A model generated the notes under the pieces. It had not been told where the DNA came from. It did no database searches and saw nothing but the letters and a program-made list of their open reading frames with translations. Of a DNA stretch of 64,000 nucleotides, positions 1-10,496 are shown piece by piece. Position 1 is the stretch's first letter, and every line of letters starts with the position of its first letter. The position numbers and the translations under genes are program-made. The stretch is from Gemmatimonadales bacterium (GTDB lineage Bacteria; Gemmatimonadota; Gemmatimonadetes; Gemmatimonadales; GWC2-71-9), in assembly GCA_965249575.1 (NCBI GenBank), contig OZ252244.1, positions 3,040,001 through 3,104,000 on the forward strand, in the 5' to 3' direction.

Positions 1-1438
1 AGCTGTGAAGGTGGCAACACGACGCCCGTGGCGGAGAAGGTGATAATAATGGTATCGGGAGGCGTTCCGCCTGTCGCGACGACGGTCGAATCGCCTTCCT
101 TCCGCGGCGCGGACAGCGCGCCTCGCATGACCAGGGCTTCGAGGAAGTTGCTGCCGGGAGCGGTGCCCAGCGTCCAACCGCCCACCGTCGCGGTGCCGTC
201 GGCGAGCGTGAGCGGCGTTCCGCCGGTGACGCTCCCGCCGCCCGAGAGGACGCGGAAGGTGACGGGCACGCCGGGGACGGGACTGCCGCCCGAATCGGTG
301 ACTAGGATCACAGGAGCGATGGGGACGGCGGTACCGACGGGTACTATTTGGTTGTCACCCGCGACGATGTCGATGAACGCCGCTCCCCCTCCCGCGGAGG
401 CGAAGCTCGCGTTGAAGGTGACCGTTCCGACGGAAGTGGTGGCCGTGACCTGTTGGGTGCCCGGGCCGGGTCCCAGCGTGAAGGTCACCTGAGCCTGGCC
501 CGAGGCATCGGTGAGCACCGTATCGACCGAGATGCTGCCGCCGCCGGCGACTACGGCGAACGCGACCGGGATGCCTTGAACCCCGAGGCCGTCGGCGGCC
601 GTGACCTGCACGATCAGTGGCTGTGCGAGCACCTGCCCGTCCTGGCCGATCTGCCCATCTCCCGAGACGATGGCAATGCCCGTTGGCACCGCCACGACGT
701 CGACCGTCGCGGTGTCGGCCTGACCGGTGACGAGCTCCACCATGACCTGTGCGGGTCCGCGAATGAGCTGGGCTTGCACCAGCCCGCTTCGTAGGTCTGG
801 CACCAGGAGCCTGGACGCGTCCAGCGTCGTCCAGCCCTGTGGAGTGTTCGGAATCGCGTTGCCGGCGGCGTCGAGGGCGACTGCCGTCAGCATAAGGGTC
901 TGTCCGAGTGGCACGCTGGCCATGGGGGTCTCTGAATGACGACGTCCGTCGCGTTGGCTCCCGTACCCGTGTACGTGAATGAAGCGGGCATGGTGACTGG
1001 TGGGCTGAGACCGACGCTCGGCACGGTGGCGATCGGGCCGGCTCGAAATGCCGTGTCACCGGCTGGCGTTATGAGCGCCAGGTTCACGTAGATGGTGTCG
1101 TTGGGGCCCCGGATGGGCACGCTGAGTATCAGATTGACGGAGTCGGCGCCCGCAGGCACGGTGACAAGGGTGTCCAGAACCTGGGTCTCTACGATGACCT
1201 GCGGTGTGGCGGTCCCAGGCGGTGGGTCCGGCGTACCGGCCCTGAAACCCGTTACCCGAATCCGGTCGATGGGAACGATGCCGGCAGCTTGCGAATCGAA
1301 CGTCGGCGCGATCGAGAAGGAACCGAGACGCACCAGATCGGGCCCGGACGCATCACTGATGTAGCTGAGCGCAAGAAACGCGGCCAGGAGTGTCGCCGGC
1401 CGGCGCAACAGAACGGCGGGAAGGGCTCTCGTCATCAT
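1..1438 (-). CDS. Secreted Ig-like (Big_1/invasin-type) repeat surface protein; frameshifted near 924-928 and running off the window start
   Basis: ATG at 1438 gives a hydrophobic signal-like N-terminus (ORF 887..1510). Adding one base in the G5 run at 924-928 joins it to an open minus frame reading IAIVSGDGQ...PLIVQVTAADGLGVQGIPVAFAVVAGGGS...TDASGQAQVTFTLG, repeated as IVAGDNQ...PVPGVPVTFRVLSGGGS...TLADGTATVGGWTLG. Confidence 0.75.
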
Positions 1439-1665
1439 GCGTAAACTGCCATGGCTGCCCGGACTGGGGAGCAGCAAATGTGCCGCCGAGGCCGTGCCAC
1501 AGCAAGGCACGAGTCGCGGATGTGATAGTGGATTGGGGGGTTAGGGGTTAGGGGGTGAGGGGGCGGGCGGAGGCGCGGGGTCCAAACCCCAGCTCCCTTT
1601 GGGGATTGTAAGTTTTTCGATGAAATGACGGCCGCCCAAGGGGTCTTGGTCTGCTGCGTCGCGAC

Positions 1666-3537
1666 TTACTTCCCCAGGGGCCCCTGCTCAAGCCATAGGA
1701 GCTCGTCGGCCAGAACGCGTTGTGCGGTCCGGTAGATCGCCACGTCGTCGTTGTCGAACAGCCGGTCGAACAGGTCCTCGACGCGCCTCCGTGCCATTCG
1801 GCAGAAGACATCGGTGAGCTCGACCGCGCCACGACCCCGCTCGCGCTCCTCCGAATCGTTGCTTACGTGCAACATCTGTGCACGGGAGCACGCTGCGGTC
1901 ATGGCGAACAGCTCGGCCCCCACGTCGACCAAACGCGCCAGCACGGTTTGGCGCTTTTCGAGTCCCGGGCCAAAGCGAACGATGGCGTGGAAGAGCGCGC
2001 GTGCGAGCCGCCGCGACGCGCGATTCACGTAGCGCACGTGTTTGGCGAGTGCTCCGAATTCACCGTACCGGGGCCACCGTCCCCAGCCGAACCACTTCGC
2101 TGGATACCAGGTGGCGTAGTGAATGGCCGTGCGGAATAGCGCACCGGCTTTGGCGCCGAGGGGGGCCTTTGGATCGACGAGCGCTCCCGCCACCTTGAGA
2201 TGCGAATCCACCGCCTCGCGGGCGATGAACAGCCGCATGATCTCGCTCGACCCCTCGAAGATGAGGTTAATCCTGAAGTCCCGCATGAGGCGCTCGATCG
2301 GTTCGCCGCGCTCCCCCCGGGACTCGAGGCTCGCCGCCGTCTCGTAGCCCCGCCCGCCGCGAATCTGGAGCGCGTCGTCGATGATCTGCCACCCGCCCTC
2401 CGTGTTCCACATTTTCGCCATGGCCGCTTCGAGGCGGATGTCGAACACCCCGCGATCGGCCATGAGCGCCGCCAGCTCCGAGACGCCCTTCATCGCGAAC
2501 GTCGTCGCGGCCATCCGTCCCAGCATCTGCGCGACGGCGTCGTGCTTGCCGATGGGCTTGCCCCACTGGAAGCGCTCCTGACTGAAGCGGCGGGCGATGT
2601 CGAGGCAAACCTTCGCTGCGGTCGTCGAGGTGGCGGGTACGGTGAGCCGCCCGGTGTTCAAGGTCACCAGCGCCAGCTTGAGTCCGCGTCCCTCGCCGAG
2701 GAGGAGGTTCTCCTTGGGCACCCGGACGTTGGTGAACTTGAGGATGCCGTTCTCGATGCCCCTGAGGCCCATGAATGACAGGCGGTGGGTAACCTCGACG
2801 CCGGGCCACGAAGTCTCGACGATGAACGCCGTGATCGCGCGCGGCCCGGTCTTCGCCATGACGACCATCAACTCGGCGATCGTCCCGTTGGTGCACCAGA
2901 GCTTTTCGCCGTTCAGGATGTAGGCGTCGCCTTCGGGGGTCAGCTCGGCCGAGGTCGTCATTCGCGCGGGATCGCTGCCGACGCCCGGCTCCGTCAGGGC
3001 GAATGCGCTGATCGCGCCCTTCGCCAGCCGCGGCAAGTATTTCTTCTTTTGCTCGGGTGTCCCGAACAACTTGAGCGGTTGCGGCACGCCGATCGACTGG
3101 TGGGCCGAGAGCAGCACCCCGATCGAGCTGTGGGTTTCGGACACCAGGGAGACGACGCGGTTATAGCTGGTCTGCGAAAGTCCGAGCCCGCCGTACTCGG
3201 TCGGGATCTTGATCCCGAAGCAGCCGAGCTCCTTCAGACCGTCGATGACGTGCTGGGGGATCTTCGCGGTGCGCTCGATCTCTTCGGCATCGACGTGTTT
3301 GTCGAGAAAGGCTGCGACGCGCTCCAACAGCGCGCGCGCGCGCGCGTCCTCCTCCGGGTCGATTCGGGGATAGGGATGTACGAGGTCCAGACGGAGCTTT
3401 CCGTCGAACAGCTCCCTGACGAAGCTGGGTGCCGCCCACTCCTTTTCCCGCGCCGCTTCGGCAACCTCGCGCGCCTCGGCTTCGGTCACACCCGGCGCGG
3501 CGGGCTTCTTCTTGGGTTCGGACGCTATGGTTGCCAT
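1666..3537 (-). CDS. Acyl-CoA dehydrogenase (long-chain/ACAD9-like, with C-terminal extension)
   Basis: [39 protein letters not shown] and IFEGSSEI motifs; start reassigned to MATIASE at 3537. Confidence 0.93.
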   Translation of the reverse strand: MATIASEPKKKPAAPGVTEAEAREVAEAAREKEWAAPSFVRELFDGKLRLDLVHPYPRIDPEEDARARALLERVAAFLDKHVDAEEIERTAKIPQHVIDGLKELGCFGIKIPTEYGGLGLSQTSYNRVVSLVSETHSSIGVLLSAHQSIGVPQPLKLFGTPEQKKKYLPRLAKGAISAFALTEPGVGSDPARMTTSAELTPEGDAYILNGEKLWCTNGTIAELMVVMAKTGPRAITAFIVETSWPGVEVTHRLSFMGLRGIENGILKFTNVRVPKENLLLGEGRGLKLALVTLNTGRLTVPATSTTAAKVCLDIARRFSQERFQWGKPIGKHDAVAQMLGRMAATTFAMKGVSELAALMADRGVFDIRLEAAMAKMWNTEGGWQIIDDALQIRGGRGYETAASLESRGERGEPIERLMRDFRINLIFEGSSEIMRLFIAREAVDSHLKVAGALVDPKAPLGAKAGALFRTAIHYATWYPAKWFGWGRWPRYGEFGALAKHVRYVNRASRRLARALFHAIVRFGPGLEKRQTVLARLVDVGAELFAMTAACSRAQMLHVSNDSEERERGRGAVELTDVFCRMARRRVEDLFDRLFDNDDVAIYRTAQRVLADELLWLEQGPLGK

Positions 3538-3739
3538 GCTGTATAATCTAGCGAAATAAAGCCGATTGTGGTTCCCCGGACCGGCCTCGAGAGGGCGGCT
3601 GGTCGCTGGGCCTGGCGGCACCTGGGAGGGCCGTTCAGGCGCGGGCGGCGCGGCTTGAGAGGCGCCGCGACCACGCCCGCTCCGCGGCGGACTATCCGCC
3701 TGTCCCCTATCGGCTTATCGGTCTATATTCGCTGGAGTC

Positions 3740-4393
3740 ATGACGGCGCCACAAACGCAGGATGCGCTCTACCCGTCGCGGTCCGCCGCGGGGGCGTTTC
3801 TCGGTCGACAGCTTTACCGTCGCTGTCCTCCGCCCGTCGTCGTCCTGGGCGTGTCGCCAACGGGCGTCGAGGTGGCGGCGAGTGCTGCGAAGGCGATGTC
3901 GTGCCCTTTCGACGTGATCGTGGGCGCGCACGTTCGGCTCGAGGGCCTCGGAGCGGTCGGCGCGATCGCGGAGGACAGCGACGCGATCCTCGATCCGGAT
4001 TTCCAGCCGCGATTCGGCGCGCTGGAGGCGCTCAACGCGGCCATCGACCGAGCGCGCCGCGCGATCAAGACCGAGCGGCTACTGTTTCGCGGCCAACGAC
4101 CGATCCGGTCGGTGGGTGATCTCAACGTCGTGATCGTGGACGCACAGCTAACCTCGTCCTGGAAAGTGCTGGCGGCCGCCGAGGCTGTGGCTGCCGACCG
4201 TCCGCGCCGGGTGTGGATCGCAGCGCCCGTGAGTACCCAGGCCGTTCAGGAGCGCGTGCGGGCGCGGCGGTACGAGTTCGTCAGCCCGTCCGTGATCCTG
4301 GATGTGAGCGGCCACGCGCGGCCGTTCGGCGATCCGCAGGACCCCTCCGCCGAAAGGCTTCGGAGCATCGTCGTCGCCCGCCAGGCCGCCTAG
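3740..4393 (+). CDS. Phosphoribosyltransferase-like protein with a degenerate PRPP-binding motif
   Basis: R.AAG..LG..L, VVLG.S.TGVEVA and VWIAAPVS match the putative-PRT family layout; the PRPP loop reads VVIVDAQLTSS. Confidence 0.7.
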   Translation: MTAPQTQDALYPSRSAAGAFLGRQLYRRCPPPVVVLGVSPTGVEVAASAAKAMSCPFDVIVGAHVRLEGLGAVGAIAEDSDAILDPDFQPRFGALEALNAAIDRARRAIKTERLLFRGQRPIRSVGDLNVVIVDAQLTSSWKVLAAAEAVAADRPRRVWIAAPVSTQAVQERVRARRYEFVSPSVILDVSGHARPFGDPQDPSAERLRSIVVARQAA

Positions 4394-4407
4394 CAAAGGA
4401 CCCGCGA

Positions 4408-7035
4408 ATGATCTGCACCAGACGCCCCGCGTTGGCGGTTGCGATCGCGGCGGCCGCAGCCTCGATACCGTCGACGGGTGGGGCTCAGCTCGCTCCTCCG
4501 GCGACGGGGGGCGTGGTGGCGCTGGACCGGCTCCTCCACGGCCTCGTCGAGCAGCGGCGGGTTCTCCTGGTCGCGGCCCATCCGGACGACGAAGACACCG
4601 ATGTCCTCGCGCTCCTCTCCCGGGGGTACGGGGCGCAGGTGGCGTACCTGTCGCTATCGCGCGGCGAAGGGGGACAGAACCTCATCGGGGCGGAGCTCGG
4701 TCCCGCCCTTGGACTCATTCGCTCGCGGGAGCTGCTGGCTGCTCGAGAAGTCGATGGGGCCCGCCAGTTTTTCGCGCGGGCCTATGACTTTGGGTACTCC
4801 AAGTCGCTCGAGGAAACCTCCCGACACTGGCTCCCGGACTCGATCCTGAAAGACGTCGTGCGCGTGGTGCGAGCCTTCAAGCCTCACGTGATCGTCTCGA
4901 TCTTCACGGGCACGCCGCGCGACCGGCACGGACAGCACCAGGCCGCTGGGGCGGCGGCTCCGAGGGCGTTCGAGGCGGCGGGAGATCCCGGGCAGTTTCC
5001 GGAGCTGCAGACGGAAGAGGGACTCGAACCATGGGTCCCCCTCAAGCTGTATCTCTCCACGAGGTTTCGTCGCGCCGCAACAACCCTGTCGTTGGAGACC
5101 GGAGGATTGGATCCGCTGCTCGGGCGGTCCTTTCACCAGATCGCCATGGACAGCAGGAGCCGCCACCGGTCACAGGACATGGGACAGCTCCAGAGAATCG
5201 GACCCGCGAGCGCGGGGCTAGAATTGGTGGCGGACCGCACACGCGGAGTGGCATTCTCTGACGGCCGGCCGATGCCGCTCGGGGCCGACGGGCAGTCCCC
5301 CAACGAGCTCAACCCGGCGGATGCCGATGCGGCGTTGGGTGCGGACATCCTTGGTGGGGTCCCGCTGGAGTCGCCGGGGCTGGCGGCCTTCTCCGATTCC
5401 CTTCGTAGCGTCCTTGTGCCCTCGCGATTGTCCGAGGCTGCGCCCTCGCTGGCCAACGCGCTTCAGCGATTCCGGAAGGACCTCGAGGAACCCCCGGGCC
5501 GGCGAGCGTATCGCGGGCGCAGGGACTTGCTGGAAGGAGCCCTGACCGTGTCGGCCGGCCTCGCGCTGGATGCCGTGGCGGCCGACGACGAGTTCGTTCC
5601 GGGAATGGCACGCGAAGTCGAGGTGGTTCTCTACAACGGGGGGCCGTTCGCCGTTACCGTCGACTCGATCGCCCTCGCGACGCCAGCCGGGTGGCGGCTG
5701 GAAATCTCCACGCGGGCGCCGGCGACGCTGCCTCCGGGTGCGCTGGGGACGCAGCGGTTTCAGGTTACGGTACCTTCGGGCGCGCGGCTCTCGCAGCCCT
5801 ATTTTCTCGAGCGGCCGATCGTCGGCGGCATGTATGACTGGGGGACTGCTCCGCCGCAGGGTCGGGGACAGCCGTTTGACCCGCCGACCCTCACCGCTAC
5901 CGCTATGGTGTCGCTCTTGGGGACGTCCGTGCCGATGTCGAGGGAGGTCTCCTACCGCTTCAGGGATCAGGCCTTCGGGGAGGTACGCCGACCGGTGCGT
6001 GTGGTACCCCGGATCGACGTGAAGCTCGAGCCTCAGCGCCTGGTCTGGCCGGCTGAGGGAGACACCGTACACACGTTCGACGTGTCCCTCACGTACAACG
6101 GATCCGGTGAGCTTCGCGGCGAGGTGTTTCTCGAAGTGCGGGACTGGCCCGCAGCGGCCGACCGCGGGCGGCGGTTTACCTTTGAGCGCTCCGGGGAAAC
6201 CCGCGCCTTCGAGCTGACGCTCGTTCGGCCGTCCGATGCACGACAGACCCGAACGCAAATCACGGCGGTGGCGCGCACCTCCGAGGGCCAGCGTTTCACC
6301 GAGGGCGTGTACACGGTCGAGTATCCGCATATCCGGCCCACGCCCTGGGTGCGGTCGGCGACGAGCGATGTGCTCGTCGCGCCCATCCGGTTGCCCGCCG
6401 TGGCCCGGGTTGGCTACGTGCGGGGCGCGTCCGATCGCGTGCCGGAGGCGCTCGCGCAGATCGGTCTCCCCGTCGAGCTGCTCGGCCCCGACGATTTGGC
6501 CCGTCGCAACCTGTCGGAGTTCGACGCCATCGTGATCGGAAGCAGGGCCTACGAGACGGACCAAGCCCTGGCCCGACACAATGACCGGCTTCTGAGCTAT
6601 GTCGAGGAAGGCGGACACCTGTTGGTCCAGTATCAACAGTACGCGTTCGTTCGCGGAGGGTACGCTCCGTATCCGCTCACGATCGCGCGGCCCCACGATC
6701 GGGTGACCGACGAAACGGCGCCTGTGAAAATTCTGGACCTCAACAACCCGGCATTTCTCACCCCGAATCGGATCGAGCCCGCGGACTGGGACGGGTGGCC
6801 GCAAGAGCGCGGTCTGTACTTTGCCCACGAGTGGGATGCGCAGTACCGCGTCATGCTGGAGAGCGCCGACCCCGGCGGCGACCCGTTGACTGGGGGTCTC
6901 TTGGCCGCTCAGTACGGGTCGGGCACCTATGTCTACACGGGCTTGAGTTTCTTCCGTGCCCTTCCGGCGGGTGTGCCTGGCGCCTTCCGCCTTTTCCTCA
7001 ACCTCATCAACCCGGCCGCGCTCGGCGGGATATAG
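4408..7035 (+). CDS. Secreted PIG-L/LmbE-family deacetylase with NEW3/Ig-like domains and a C-terminal class I GATase-like domain
   Basis: AAGGA RBS before ATG 4408; signal peptide; AHPDDE, RGEGGQN, DFGYSKS and HGQH motifs; C-terminal YVEEGGHLLVQYQ. Confidence 0.88.
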   Translation: MICTRRPALAVAIAAAAASIPSTGGAQLAPPATGGVVALDRLLHGLVEQRRVLLVAAHPDDEDTDVLALLSRGYGAQVAYLSLSRGEGGQNLIGAELGPALGLIRSRELLAAREVDGARQFFARAYDFGYSKSLEETSRHWLPDSILKDVVRVVRAFKPHVIVSIFTGTPRDRHGQHQAAGAAAPRAFEAAGDPGQFPELQTEEGLEPWVPLKLYLSTRFRRAATTLSLETGGLDPLLGRSFHQIAMDSRSRHRSQDMGQLQRIGPASAGLELVADRTRGVAFSDGRPMPLGADGQSPNELNPADADAALGADILGGVPLESPGLAAFSDSLRSVLVPSRLSEAAPSLANALQRFRKDLEEPPGRRAYRGRRDLLEGALTVSAGLALDAVAADDEFVPGMAREVEVVLYNGGPFAVTVDSIALATPAGWRLEISTRAPATLPPGALGTQRFQVTVPSGARLSQPYFLERPIVGGMYDWGTAPPQGRGQPFDPPTLTATAMVSLLGTSVPMSREVSYRFRDQAFGEVRRPVRVVPRIDVKLEPQRLVWPAEGDTVHTFDVSLTYNGSGELRGEVFLEVRDWPAAADRGRRFTFERSGETRAFELTLVRPSDARQTRTQITAVARTSEGQRFTEGVYTVEYPHIRPTPWVRSATSDVLVAPIRLPAVARVGYVRGASDRVPEALAQIGLPVELLGPDDLARRNLSEFDAIVIGSRAYETDQALARHNDRLLSYVEEGGHLLVQYQQYAFVRGGYAPYPLTIARPHDRVTDETAPVKILDLNNPAFLTPNRIEPADWDGWPQERGLYFAHEWDAQYRVMLESADPGGDPLTGGLLAAQYGSGTYVYTGLSFFRALPAGVPGAFRLFLNLINPAALGGI

Positions 7036-7082
7036 GGCGAGAGTGAGCCGCTTGCCTCCGATCGCACCCGCCGTCTGAAACC

Positions 7083-7184
7083 ATGTCTCAATCCAGCTTC
7101 CGAACCACCCTTACTCGGGTCCTGATCGTCCAGGTCGCTACGCTGGTTTTTCTCTGGCTTCTCCAGTGGCGCTACAGCGGCTGA
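7083..7184 (+). CDS. Small single-TM protein (33 aa) upstream of the symporter; not in the ORF track
   Basis: Translates to MSQSSFRTTLTRVLIVQVATLVFLWLLQWRYSG*, with one hydrophobic helix; its stop lies 10 nt before the symporter ATG. Confidence 0.65.
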   Translation: MSQSSFRTTLTRVLIVQVATLVFLWLLQWRYSG

Positions 7185-7194
7185 CCCGATTGCC

Positions 7195-8858
7195 ATGCAT
7201 CCGATAAGCTGGATCATCGTCATCGGGTACCTCGCGTACGTGATGGTCGACGGCGTCCGCCGGGCCAAGGGGACCGACCGCATCGAGGGGTATTTCCTTG
7301 CCAACCGCAGCCTGCCGTGGTGGGCGGTGGGATTGTCGGTCATGGCGACACAGTTGTCCGCGGTAACCATGGTCGGGACCACCGGCCAAGGCGCGACGGA
7401 CGGCCTCCGGTTCGTGCAGTTCTATTTCGGCTTGCCGCTGGCGATGGTCATCCTCGGCGTCACGCTCATTCCGTTTTTTCATCGTGAGAAGGTATTCACC
7501 GCGTACGAATACCTCGAGCGTCGTTTCGATGCGAAAACGCGGTCCCTCACCGCGTTTCTGTTCCTCATTTCTCGTGGACTATCGGTAGGTACGATCCTCG
7601 CTGCCCCAGCCGTGGTGTTCTCGGCGGTCTTTGGTTGGGATCTCGTGGCGTCCGTGGCGCTCATTGGAGTGCCGACGGTGATTTACACCGTGCTTGGCGG
7701 GGTGCAGGCGGTTACCTGGGCCGACGTCAAGCAGATGGTCCTGATCGTCGGCGCGCTCGCGGCGATCGTGATCGTCCTGATCGTCAAACTTCCCGTGGCC
7801 CCGGACGAAGCGCTCCGGGTGGCCGGCGCGACCGGGCGCCTCGACGTATTCGATTTTTCGTTCAACGTGAAAGAGACCTACACCTTCTGGTCCGGCGTGA
7901 TCGGCGGCACGTTCCTCATGCTGTCGTATTTCGGAACGGATCAGAGCCAGGTACAGCGACATCTGACGGCGAGTTCGGCGGGCGCCGCACGTAGCTCGGT
8001 CCTGATGAGCGCGTACTGGAAGATTCCGTTGCAGGCCCTCATCCTGCTGATCGGTGTACTGGTCTACGTGTATTACGTGTTCGAGCGGCCCCCACTCTTA
8101 TTCAATCCGGCGCAGCAGGCGCAGGTGGAGCAGGTCGAATCGTCGGCGCTGACAGAGATCGAGTCGCGGTATCACACCGCGGTAGACCGGCGCGAGCAGG
8201 CGGCGAGGGCACTGGCGTCGGATGCGGGGAGCGCGGAAATCCGTTCCGTGTTCCGGGAATCCGATCAGGCGGTCGTCGACATCCGCGGGGAGGCGCTTGC
8301 CCTGGTTGAACAAGTCACCGGGGAGAGCTCTCGCGATGTGAATTACATCATGCCCCGGTTCGTCCTCGACCACCTTCCAATCGGTCTGGTTGGAGTATTC
8401 ATTGCGGCGATCATGGCGGCGGCGATGTCCAGCATCGCCGCGGAGCTGAATTCCCTGTCGACCTCGACAGTTGTCGATTTCTACCGCCGGTGGTTCAGGC
8501 CAATCGCCAGCGATGCCCATTTCCTTGGCGTGTCGAAACTGGCGGCGTTGATCTGGGGGGTGGTTGCCTGTGTCGTGGCGACGTATGCCGCCACGCTCGG
8601 TTCCCTGATCGAGGTCGTCAACCGGTTCGGGTCGTTTTTCTACGGATCCATCCTTGGTGTCTTTCTCCTGGCCATGATTCCAAGGGCCGCGCCATTGGGG
8701 CCTTCGTGGGTCTCATTACCGGTATGCTAGCCGTGGGCGCGGTCAGCTTCAGCGCTCCGGAGGTCTCGTTCCTCTGGCACAACGTGATCGGCGCGGCGAC
8801 AGTGGTAGGGGTCGGGTTGCTGCTCAGTGTCGCAGGGGACGCGGCCAGGAGTGCATGA
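7195..8858 (+). CDS. Sodium:solute symporter (SSS); frameshift near 8686-8690
   Basis: YFLANRSLPWWAVGLSVMAT, TAYEYLERRF, GTDQSQVQR and AAAMSS motifs; the last TMs continue in the 8490..8858 frame (RAIGAFVGLITG...). Confidence 0.9.
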
Positions 8859-9223
8859 GTTGGTGTCCGCACGCACATCTTGTTCGGAGCTCCCCAATCG
8901 TTGCGAGGTCGGTGCTGGAAGGATTGAAACAGCCGGTCCGGGCCCGGGCCGGGGCCACTCCCTCACTTGGCATCGACCGCCTGAGATCGCCGCGGCAGGC
9001 TACATTGCCGCTGCCCCGGGCCTCGATCCTGGCCGGGGCCGCCCTCACTACCGCCATCGGAGACCTCGTTACCTCAATCGTGCGGCACATCTTTGACAGC
9101 CGGCCCAATTCGATCGGAGTACTATTCGCCCGACGCCAGTCCGACGTCGGGAAGGGCGCCGATTACGGCGTCGTTTTGATACTGGCCCTGTCCGGGGCGG
9201 TGCCAGTCGGGAACGGCCGATGA
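8855..9223 (+). CDS. Doubtful hypothetical ORF
   Basis: Overlaps both neighbours by ATGA, but has no recognisable motif and an atypical composition. Confidence 0.2.
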   Translation: MSWCPHAHLVRSSPIVARSVLEGLKQPVRARAGATPSLGIDRLRSPRQATLPLPRASILAGAALTTAIGDLVTSIVRHIFDSRPNSIGVLFARRQSDVGKGADYGVVLILALSGAVPVGNGR

Positions 9224-10416
9224 AACGCATCGCCGTGCTGATGGCGACGGCGTTCGTGGACATGATCGGCTTCGCGATCGTCTTCCCACTGTTGCCGTTT
9301 TACGCCCTCCGGCTGAACGCGGACCCGTGGATGATCGGGTGGATGATCGCCACGTTCTCCATCGCGCAGCTCGCCTCGGCACCGCTGTGGGGACGGGTGT
9401 CCGACCGGTACGGCCGCCGGCCGGCGATCATCATCGGGCTGTGCGCGTCGGCGATCGCGTTCGTCGTGTTCGCGTTCGCGTCGAGCGCTTGGATGTTGTT
9501 CCTCTCCCGGTTCATTCAAGGGGCGGGAGGAGGCACGACGGGCGTCGCGCAGGCCTACATTGGCGATGCCATCGAGCCGAAGAACCGGGCGAAGGCGCTT
9601 GGATGGCTTTCTGCCGCCACCAGTGCCGGAGTCATGATCGGGCCGGCAATCGGGTCCCTGTCCACGAACCTGGGCGTCGCCGCGCCGGGACTCATCGCCG
9701 CATCGCTCTGCCTGCTGAACGTAGGGTTCGCGTGGCGCTGGCTGCCCGAGTCATCGCCGGCCAGGACGCGCGGCAACGAGGCTGACGGGGAACCTCGGCC
9801 TGCAATCCGGTCACTGCGTCATGTCGTTTTGGACGTGCTGACGGCACCGCGGAGTGACGTGCCACGACTCATCTGGATCTATACGGTCGGGATGCTGGGA
9901 TTCATGTCCATGACCGGCGTGCTCGCGCTGTACCTGGACTACTGTTTCGGCATCACCGAAAAGACGATCGGCCTGTTCTTCCTGTACGTGGGACTGTTGT
10001 CGCTTATCATGCGGGCCTGGGTCCTGGGAACGATGGTGGATCGCTTCGGCGAGGCCAAGGTGATGCGCATGGGTGCGGTGCTGCTCGCGATTGGACTGGG
10101 CGCGATCCCGCTGCCGCACTCCATCGTGGGGCTCGCGGCGGTCATCGCGCTCGTCCCGATCGGAACGGCGTTCCTGTTCCCGTCAGTCTCGGCTCTAGTG
10201 ACGCATCGTGCGCCCAAAGGGGAGATCGGGCAGGTCTTGGGCGTTCAGCAGGCATTCGGCGGGGTCTCGAGGGTCATCGCTCCCATTTGGGCGACCGCCG
10301 CCTTCCAGGGACTCGGCGAGCAGGACCCGTTCTACATCGCCGCCGGCGTCGTGGCGGTGGTGACAGTGCTTGCGTTCCGCGTCAGGGCCGCGGAGCCGGT
10401 CCCCGCCGAAGCGTAG
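9220..10416 (+). CDS. MFS transporter, DHA1/TetA-like
   Basis: Motif A (GRVSDRYGRRP), SRFIQG, GVMIGPAIG and many hydrophobic segments. Confidence 0.92.
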   Translation: MKRIAVLMATAFVDMIGFAIVFPLLPFYALRLNADPWMIGWMIATFSIAQLASAPLWGRVSDRYGRRPAIIIGLCASAIAFVVFAFASSAWMLFLSRFIQGAGGGTTGVAQAYIGDAIEPKNRAKALGWLSAATSAGVMIGPAIGSLSTNLGVAAPGLIAASLCLLNVGFAWRWLPESSPARTRGNEADGEPRPAIRSLRHVVLDVLTAPRSDVPRLIWIYTVGMLGFMSMTGVLALYLDYCFGITEKTIGLFFLYVGLLSLIMRAWVLGTMVDRFGEAKVMRMGAVLLAIGLGAIPLPHSIVGLAAVIALVPIGTAFLFPSVSALVTHRAPKGEIGQVLGVQQAFGGVSRVIAPIWATAAFQGLGEQDPFYIAAGVVAVVTVLAFRVRAAEPVPAEA

Positions 10417-10455
10417 GGTGGCGTTTTTCATCAATCATTCGTCATCTGTCATGAC

Positions 10456-10490
10456 CACTCACGACTCATCACTCGCTACTCGCTACTCAC
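10456..10490. repeat. Heptamer tandem (NACTCAC/NACTCGC type) between convergent genes
   Basis: CACTCAC GACTCAT CACTCGC TACTCGC TACTCAC. Confidence 0.75.
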
Positions 10491-10496
10491 TCCTCC

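Noticed and set aside
1541..1554. Telomere-like TTAGGGG repeat
   Set aside because: Only two units; it belongs to the dispersed heptamer family.
9093..9125. TTGACA...TACTAT promoter for the MFS gene
   Set aside because: The 21-nt spacer is too long for sigma70.
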